NCBI GenBank assembly: GCA_019056785.1
Contig: DXJV01000006.1
Span: 1 to 64,000 of the forward strand
Direction: 5' to 3'
Source of the DNA: Candidatus Heimdallarchaeota archaeon
GTDB taxonomy: Archaea > Asgardarchaeota > Heimdallarchaeia > JABLTI01
DNA: 64,000 bases
The position numbers were made by a program, and so were the translations under genes. This document shows, piece by piece, positions 57,887 to 64,000 of this stretch. Every line of letters begins with the position of its first letter. Within the stretch, counting starts at the first letter, position 1. Under the pieces are notes generated by a model. It was given only the letters and a program-made list of their open reading frames with translations, was not told where the DNA came from and ran no database searches.

Positions 57887-58149
57887 AAAATCGGATTATC
57901 TTGACTAATAGAAGAAAAAACGATAAAAGGAGTAAAAAATTCCCAATAAGACAAAAATAGGGGGTATTTAAAATCATAAAACTAGCAAAATTGCCTTCTA
58001 AATCATTAAAACGAGAAAAAATACCCCTCTTGTAAGGTCATGAATTTCTTCATTCTCTTTAAATGTAAATTTCTTCTCCTAAGAGAGTAAGTTTAATAAA
58101 AATTGACTAACATTCCTAAGACTAAAGCAAAACTTACATTTTAAGGGAA

Positions 58150-59335
58150 ATGGAAGAAATGAATAACTCGGATAGTGTCTCCTATATCTTTTCTTGGAAT
58201 CGATTAATTCGTTTATGTAAGATGGATAATATGGATGAAAAGGAGAAACAGGAAATTATTGATGCTATTATGTTTTTAAAAAATGAATTTGATAATAATT
58301 TCTTATTAGATACCCAAGATTCGCATTTCTTACCTCAACAATTGGTGAAAAACAGCACATTAAACAGACATCGATTTCTTTGGTTAAAATGGTTTGCCAG
58401 TTCTTATCAAAGGCTCAAAGAACATAAAAGCGCTAACCTTCTTTATCAAAATGATTAAAAATAGAAATGCTTCAAGCGGTGTACTAAACGAATTAGTTTA
58501 TATTGATAAATTCCTTCAAAGTAATTTTACTATTGAACTATACCCTAGGAGACAGAAAAAAAAGCCTGATGTAGCAGTCACAATGTACTCTAGAGCTTTT
58601 GATGTTGAAATAACTCATCAAGAACCAAAAAAGAGCATTACTGATTTTCTTAATGCTTACTTCTTTTTGAATGAACCTTTCTTTAAAAATGACTTGAGAA
58701 GATCGCAATTTGATTCTGCTATTGTTTTATTAACCCCATACCTTGCAAAAGAGACCATAAAAAGCATAAACGTAATATTGGATCAAACTATAAGAACAGC
58801 CATTAAAGAAGAAACCATCATTAGTGGGAAGATAAATCATCTTCTAAAATATGTCGTTGGACATGTAAAGAAAAGGGAAGAAATAAAAAAATGGTGTGAT
58901 GAAAACAATACACAAATCAATACGATACAATTGGAGAGCAATCTTCTAGAAAGCGCAATATCCTCTTTTATGGGAAAAATCAACTCTAAAATGAAAGAAA
59001 ATCTGAGGAACTCAGAGAATAGTCTACTAATGATTACAGAGCCAAATCTCTTTTTCTTGAATGATTTAAATGGCAATGAGGATTTTGATGAAATTGTCGT
59101 AAAGAGTATGCAGATTATCCTTGATCATCCAAAATTGTTGGCAGTAATTTTAGGGTCAGGTTTATACTCTAGGCCAGAGAGATTGGCTCATAAAGAAAAG
59201 AATGAATATACTCTTATTTCTAATGAAAATGATGTGAATAATTCTTATTATCTGATTATTTGGAATAACAAGGCCACAAATATTTTAACCAAAAAAGAAA
59301 AAGCAGAACTTTGCTCCCTCTTAGCTAGAGGATAA
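58150..59335 (+). pseudogene. Restriction-endonuclease-like PD-(D/E)XK protein, frameshifted near 58417
   Basis: Two overlapping ORFs join as YQRLKNIKALTFF if one A is removed; NEL...KKPDV...DVEIT nuclease-like motif. Confidence 0.55.
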
Positions 59336-59343
59336 AAGAACCT

Positions 59344-60951
59344 TCAAAAGCCGGCTTTAGATCCTTCGGAGAGAACACGCAAATTACAGAAAGTAGTAAG
59401 AAAGTATCTAATAGTACTATTTTTCAAGTATTTACCGGTCAACTGAACTGCAAAGTGTTTTTGAATTTTAGCTAAGAATGAGGGGTCAGTAGACTTGATT
59501 AATATAGCCTTCTGATAAAAAACCATTTGTTTAATGATTCGTCTTAGCGTTGCAGATGGTTGTAAATCTAATCTTACGGGTATTGATTTATATTTGCGAA
59601 AACGAATGGTGCTTACTTGTTTGGTAAGGAAAGAGAGGAGCGATTCGTTTTTTATCTTGAGCAGTTTAGATAAAATTCCAATAGCAATAGCACTTTTCCC
59701 ATGTTCAAGTTGCTGAAGAAAGCTGGGTGTAATGCCCAATTTCTTTGCAAAACTAACAAGGGTGGCATTTCCTCGACTGAGCCGAAGGTAGCTACCTAAA
59801 CCGGTTATTTGCATCTCTTTTAAAAGGTGAAAATTGAAATAGCCATGAATAATGGCTTCTTTTTTAAAATCCACAAAAACTCTTGGTTGTGTTGGATTCT
59901 TCGTTTTCCCTTCTCTCAACTTTAGGAAGTCTTTGACTTTTTCAGGATGATAACAAAGCATCTTGTCTTTGTAATTTTGATGGTACTTTCTTGGAATATA
60001 AACTTGATACGTATTATCCCCCCTTTTCTTAAAAGACGATTGAATGTTTTGGTCTAAAAGGAAATGAACAAAGTCTTGAGCAAATTTCTCGCTAGCACTT
60101 GCTAAGATAACTCTATTTTGAGTATAACTCCCGTCTGTATCCATAACACCGGACCAATAAGCCGAACGCAAAGAAGCGTTACCCCGATAAAGGAGAGGTT
60201 CACGCAAGGTGGCATATTTCTTTCCACTAATAGGTTGCCCTGTAAGAAAGGAGAAGAGTCGTACTACCCAAAGATTAGTGATAATAAGTGTTGGGCAGTT
60301 TTCCGTTTGTTGTTGGATTCTTCCATGCAGTTTGAATAGTCGAGTAAAACGTTCTTGGAGCTGCTGAATATTCGTCAATGAAAAATCGACAATGTTCAAG
60401 ATATATTTCGACAAACTTCCATCCCCATTGATAACCCCACAAAGGTAAGCAAGCTCAGGTGTGAGGGTCGATGGCAGAGTAAATAGCTCACCGCGGGCAG
60501 ATTCGAAAAGCCTGTCTCGGAGGAAGGGGGAGGAAGGAGATGGTAAGCACCGGAGAAATGGCAATGGTACTGCACCGCGCTCTTTGAGATAATGGCGTAG
60601 CAACGACCGCCATTCCAGAATTCTGCGATCAATTGAAAAATAGAAATAGTTTCGCAATCGTTCAGCAACGAGGAGCTCATATCGTTCGAACACTTCCCGC
60701 TCCTCAGTGGTAAGCCGGAGAAACGGAAAGCGCGCCAGTACCCTGTCAGAAGCCTTTCGCCGAAGAAAATCGTTCCGTCGGATCATAATTGGGTAGAGAT
60801 TAAGAATTTCACCATCGGCAATGAAAACTTCTTTCTTACGTCCCGATTCTAATAATTCATTTGCATTTAGCCATTGGTTTGATTCTTTTGGATGAACATC
60901 AAAGAGAAGGGGGTCCTTCTGCCAAGATAGAACCGGCAAAATACTTAACAC
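59344..60951 (-). CDS. Free-standing double-LAGLIDADG endonuclease with XRE-type HTH
   Basis: LAYLCGVINGDG and AYWSGVMDTDG; FAKKLGITPSFLQQLEHGK HTH; no intein splice residues. Confidence 0.82.
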   Translation of the reverse strand: MLSILPVLSWQKDPLLFDVHPKESNQWLNANELLESGRKKEVFIADGEILNLYPIMIRRNDFLRRKASDRVLARFPFLRLTTEEREVFERYELLVAERLRNYFYFSIDRRILEWRSLLRHYLKERGAVPLPFLRCLPSPSSPFLRDRLFESARGELFTLPSTLTPELAYLCGVINGDGSLSKYILNIVDFSLTNIQQLQERFTRLFKLHGRIQQQTENCPTLIITNLWVVRLFSFLTGQPISGKKYATLREPLLYRGNASLRSAYWSGVMDTDGSYTQNRVILASASEKFAQDFVHFLLDQNIQSSFKKRGDNTYQVYIPRKYHQNYKDKMLCYHPEKVKDFLKLREGKTKNPTQPRVFVDFKKEAIIHGYFNFHLLKEMQITGLGSYLRLSRGNATLVSFAKKLGITPSFLQQLEHGKSAIAIGILSKLLKIKNESLLSFLTKQVSTIRFRKYKSIPVRLDLQPSATLRRIIKQMVFYQKAILIKSTDPSFLAKIQKHFAVQLTGKYLKNSTIRYFLTTFCNLRVLSEGSKAGF

Positions 60952-61044
60952 CTACCAGCTTAGTTTATTCTTTCTTATTAATAGCTTTGCCGGTTCGAGC
61001 TACATAAACACCTCAGAAATAACTTGTCAATTATAGTGACACAC

Positions 61045-61718
61045 TCATTTAATGAGCCAGAGGAGGTTATAAACTTCTAAAGAGCCTGTTTCAAATAGTG
61101 GGATTCCTGCTTCCCCGAGGATCATCCCAATGAGTTGAGCTGCATAGCCCTCACTTCCGGTTATAAGCACTTTCAAGGTATTTGTTTTGCAATCAAAGAA
61201 GTGTTTGCAAAAGAAGTCTTTTACGAAGAGCATTTCTCTTGATTGTGGCGAATTGTCAATTAAATAGAGCGCTGCTGCGAGAAAAATCTGTTCTGTATCT
61301 TCCACGACTTTATTCAAAGCGTCCATTATCTGTTCTGTGAGTTCCTTCTCTCGTGTGTATTTTGCCAGGACCCAGAGTACTCTTGATTGAACAGCCAAAG
61401 AAGGGTCATTTCTTAACGGTTTTACTAACGGGACAAGTTTTTCTTTTAAAAAAGGTTCAAGAAACTGCACTGCTTTTTCTCGGAGAAGTGGTTCTTCATG
61501 AGTGAGAAACCTTTTCAAGATCAAACTCTTTTTTTGGGATGGATTTGTTCATTTTCAATTACAAATTCGAGAATGAGATTGAGTTGCTCTGGAGAGCAAG
61601 TTTACATGAACTCTTGCATCAGTTTAGAAACAGCTGCCTTCTCTTCTTCCAACTGCAAAACTTTTCTTGCCTGTGTTGGAGCAAAGGTATTCTTAATATG
61701 CTTGTGGAGAGATGACAT
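61045..61718 (-). pseudogene. HEAT-repeat protein, disrupted
   Basis: ATG 61718, in-frame TAA at 61602-61604, frameshift in the A7 run near 61529-61535, then HEAT-like LREKAV...NDPSLAVQSRVLWVL. Confidence 0.6.
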
Positions 61719-61962
61719 TTGTACATACCACCTCTATAAATCAAAGAGCGCTTGAGAGCAAAGTCATATTGGTTATTCTCTTCTGACCTACTTTGAACCA
61801 TTCGATTTTTTCGTGGAAAGAATAACTTTCTTTTAACAAGATTAAGGTAGGACGATATAAAAAACCCGCAGATTTCAATTGAGAAGATTAGCTTTAGATT
61901 TTGCTCCGAAATTTGATTTATCTTTAATGGCTGATGTTCTGAAAAAAAAGATTGGGAAATTC

Positions 61963-63549
61963 TTATGTTTTCTTTTTTCTAAAACAAAGGCAAAGAGTTA
62001 TTCCAGCTCCGGTTATTACTGCCCATATTGCTCCTCCGAGACGTGTTGTTACTTCTTTTCGAGCGGTGATTTCTAAGGAATAAGGTGCTGGTAATGCTGT
62101 CTTGTAGTGTTCCAAATCATTAAAGACGAGGAGGTAGTAATCTCCATCTTTTTTTATCTCAAAAGTGTATTGTAGTTTGCCTTCTTTTGCCTTTCCCCCT
62201 GCCAAAACATCAAATAATCCAAGCATAAAACCGCTATCTATCAAGTAACATTCCAGCCCACTTGTTGTCTCCGTATTAATATTAATGGTGTAGTTTTTTC
62301 CGGCGCTAAGATTTATCAGGTAAAGGTCTACATCCGCGACGATAAGGTTGTATGTTTTTTCTGTTGTTATTCTTACAGCATTTCTTTCGTAGTCATTTTC
62401 CTCCAGAAGGTCATCTGTTGCGTTGTTCGGAAGAATGATATCATCCATCGTTAGATTAACCATTGTCGCTAGCGGATAAGGGTCAATGGTTAGAGCCCAC
62501 CCACTAATGCTATAGTTGCCTTCTCCGCCCCAATCGGACCAAAAGTTTCCTTCCTTCGTATTGTTATCAAACCAAATGTTATTCCTAAGCCATTGCGAAT
62601 CCAATGCCTGAGAGCCATAGCCATAATTGTACAGGAAATTATTGTGATGGACCGTGTTATTCATCGCTCCTGCCATTAATGCCACTCCATAATCTGCGCA
62701 AGCAATGATTGTGTTAAAACAAATCAAGGAGTTATTTGTGTCATATAATCGAATACCATCCGAGAAGAGATTGTTGTAGATGTAGTTGTTTTTCACGGTC
62801 ATTTCATTCGACCAAGTGAGATAGATCGAGCCATATTCCCTCGTGTTTAGAACTGTATTATTTGCGATAAGAAACCTCGAACAATTCTTAGCATAAATCC
62901 CTCTGTTAAAGAAGTTGAAAGTATTGTTAATAATAGTGGCATTCTGACAATAGGTAAATCCTGTTCCGCTGGCAGTTAAGTAGTCCAAAGAAATTCCCCC
63001 ATAAAAAGAGTTGTTGACAAGCACAGTACCAATACTATAAGAAACACGAATGCCTACATGGTCCAATCGCCCGGTATTATTCTCGACCCGGACGAAATTT
63101 GAATGGATGATTACAATACCATTTGCATTATTGCCATTGAAGATATTGTTGGCAATTGTTGCTGTATTGTTGGCTATAGCATAAAGAAAGATACCTTTGA
63201 AATCCGTCTCAAAATAACAATGGCTAATCAGAAAGTGTTTGGTAGTACCATTTATAGAAATCGCTGGAAGGCGTTCTGTCAGCTCGAACCACAACCATTC
63301 AATTCTGTAGGGGTCTTGAGCCGTCCCTGAGCCTGGAAAAGCCCCCCAGTCTTCGTCTGAGGTGATTTCAATTGGTCCAGAGTTTTCATAGCCGGCTGAG
63401 TAAGCCAACGGGGGGGTGTTTATCTCTTGAAGAAAAGGCTGCTCTGTTTTCGCCTTTGTTTCAGAAGGGTTGTAACCATAATTTCCTATATTAAACAAAA
63501 TAATAGAACAAAAAATAATTGGAATGAATTTCTTTGGGAACTCCCACAT
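61963..63549 (-). CDS. Cell-surface NosD/CASH beta-helix protein with PPC-like domain and C-terminal anchor
   Basis: GSGTAQDPYRIE, Asn-ladder repeats, GNFWSD, DPYPL, DDLLEEND, TM + KKKT. Confidence 0.85.
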   Translation of the reverse strand: MWEFPKKFIPIIFCSIILFNIGNYGYNPSETKAKTEQPFLQEINTPPLAYSAGYENSGPIEITSDEDWGAFPGSGTAQDPYRIEWLWFELTERLPAISINGTTKHFLISHCYFETDFKGIFLYAIANNTATIANNIFNGNNANGIVIIHSNFVRVENNTGRLDHVGIRVSYSIGTVLVNNSFYGGISLDYLTASGTGFTYCQNATIINNTFNFFNRGIYAKNCSRFLIANNTVLNTREYGSIYLTWSNEMTVKNNYIYNNLFSDGIRLYDTNNSLICFNTIIACADYGVALMAGAMNNTVHHNNFLYNYGYGSQALDSQWLRNNIWFDNNTKEGNFWSDWGGEGNYSISGWALTIDPYPLATMVNLTMDDIILPNNATDDLLEENDYERNAVRITTEKTYNLIVADVDLYLINLSAGKNYTININTETTSGLECYLIDSGFMLGLFDVLAGGKAKEGKLQYTFEIKKDGDYYLLVFNDLEHYKTALPAPYSLEITARKEVTTRLGGAIWAVITGAGITLCLCFRKKKT

Positions 63550-63682
63550 CTTTCAGTCAAATAATTATTGGGAATTTTATTTTAAATACTTTTCATTATT
63601 TTTTACTCAGGTATTAAAAATCATGTCAGACTCGTTAATCGTTTCTTGAATCATTTTGTAGAGTGGATCATTTGGAACAAGC

Positions 63683-63997
63683 TCATAGGCCCAGCCACGT
63701 TTTAACGAGTAGCAAAATAGTTATCGCTGTCAGGGTAACTATCATTGTTAGCTGGAGAGCTTTAGATGAGAAGCGACGCTTTAATGCAGAGCCTATGAAG
63801 GCACCAAAAACACTTCCAATGGCGATAATGGTCCATAACCACAAGGCAAATTGCCCCCAAATAATATGAATGACCCCTGTGAAAAGGAGCGTAATGGTAG
63901 TCATAAGCATCCCGGTAGAAATCGCTATTAAAGATGGCACGCCAAAACCTGAGATGAGGACCGGGGCTTTCACCCAGCCACCACCACAACCCACCAT
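63683..63997 (-). CDS. TauE/SafE family protein, C-terminal part (runs off window)
   Basis: GCGGGWVKAP, AISTG, GSVFGAFIG. Confidence 0.75.
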   Translation of the reverse strand: MVGCGGGWVKAPVLISGFGVPSLIAISTGMLMTTITLLFTGVIHIIWGQFALWLWTIIAIGSVFGAFIGSALKRRFSSKALQLTMIVTLTAITILLLVKTWLGL

Positions 63998-64000
63998 GCC

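Larger units (their letters stand above)
53126..59340. mobile_element. tRNA-Val-adjacent AT-rich island carrying a diverged Cas1/Cas4 module
   Basis: Starts at the tRNA 3' end, visibly lower GC than flanks, encodes a Cas1-fold integrase and nucleases; right boundary uncertain, no att duplication seen. Confidence 0.6.

Noticed and set aside
53126-59340. CRISPR array next to the Cas1/Cas4 genes
   Set aside because: No regularly spaced 25-40-nt repeats with unique spacers are visible; only isolated degenerate words.
59344-60951. Intein
   Set aside because: No N-terminal Cys/Ser block, no C-terminal His-Asn, and no extein.
60990-60998. CCGGTTCGA as an attR copy of the tRNA-Val T-arm
   Set aside because: Only a 7-nt match, with no acceptor-stem sequence following.
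1730-63989. Numerous short antisense or alternate-frame ORFs in the track (e.g. 1730..2077, 17698..18183, 30039..30530, 44015..44374)
   Set aside because: They are shadows of well-supported genes, with Ser/Phe/Ile-rich composition and no motifs.

Overview
Archaeal chromosomal DNA, most consistent with an Asgard archaeon. The evidence is Arf- and Rab/MglA-like small GTPases, ArcS/RaSEA, tRNAs with BHB introns, and a highly diverged Cas1. Bases 1-53 kb are mostly housekeeping and cofactor genes: a longin/uDENN-like + Arf GTPase + 7TM operon between two PRC-barrel paralogues, TetR/ABC exporter, PolX, a GT4/PIG-L/ATP-grasp cluster, MscL, F420 (cofD, cofE), methanofuran (mfnDEF), pterin (mptE, PTPS) and archaeosine genes, and four tRNAs. 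tRNA-Ala(GGC) and tRNA-Val(GAC) each carry two introns. Directly after tRNA-Val is an AT-rich island, the strongest candidate for a new system. It has a minus-strand operon (wHTH, HTH/Zn-finger/Cas1 fusion, wHTH, Cas4-like nuclease) with no Cas2, PolB or CRISPR array in the window. The operon runs into a ~430-nt hairpin-rich non-coding tract and is bracketed by degenerate CRISPR-repeat-like words and a weak candidate TIR. Further along lie a frameshifted PD-(D/E)XK gene, a free-standing LAGLIDADG-HTH gene and a HEAT pseudogene. Other highlights are a circularly permuted family-5 solute-binding protein, an NSUN6-like protein lacking both catalytic cysteines, and a CExxHGH PTPS next to mptE. All calls come from reading motifs by eye; no searches were run.
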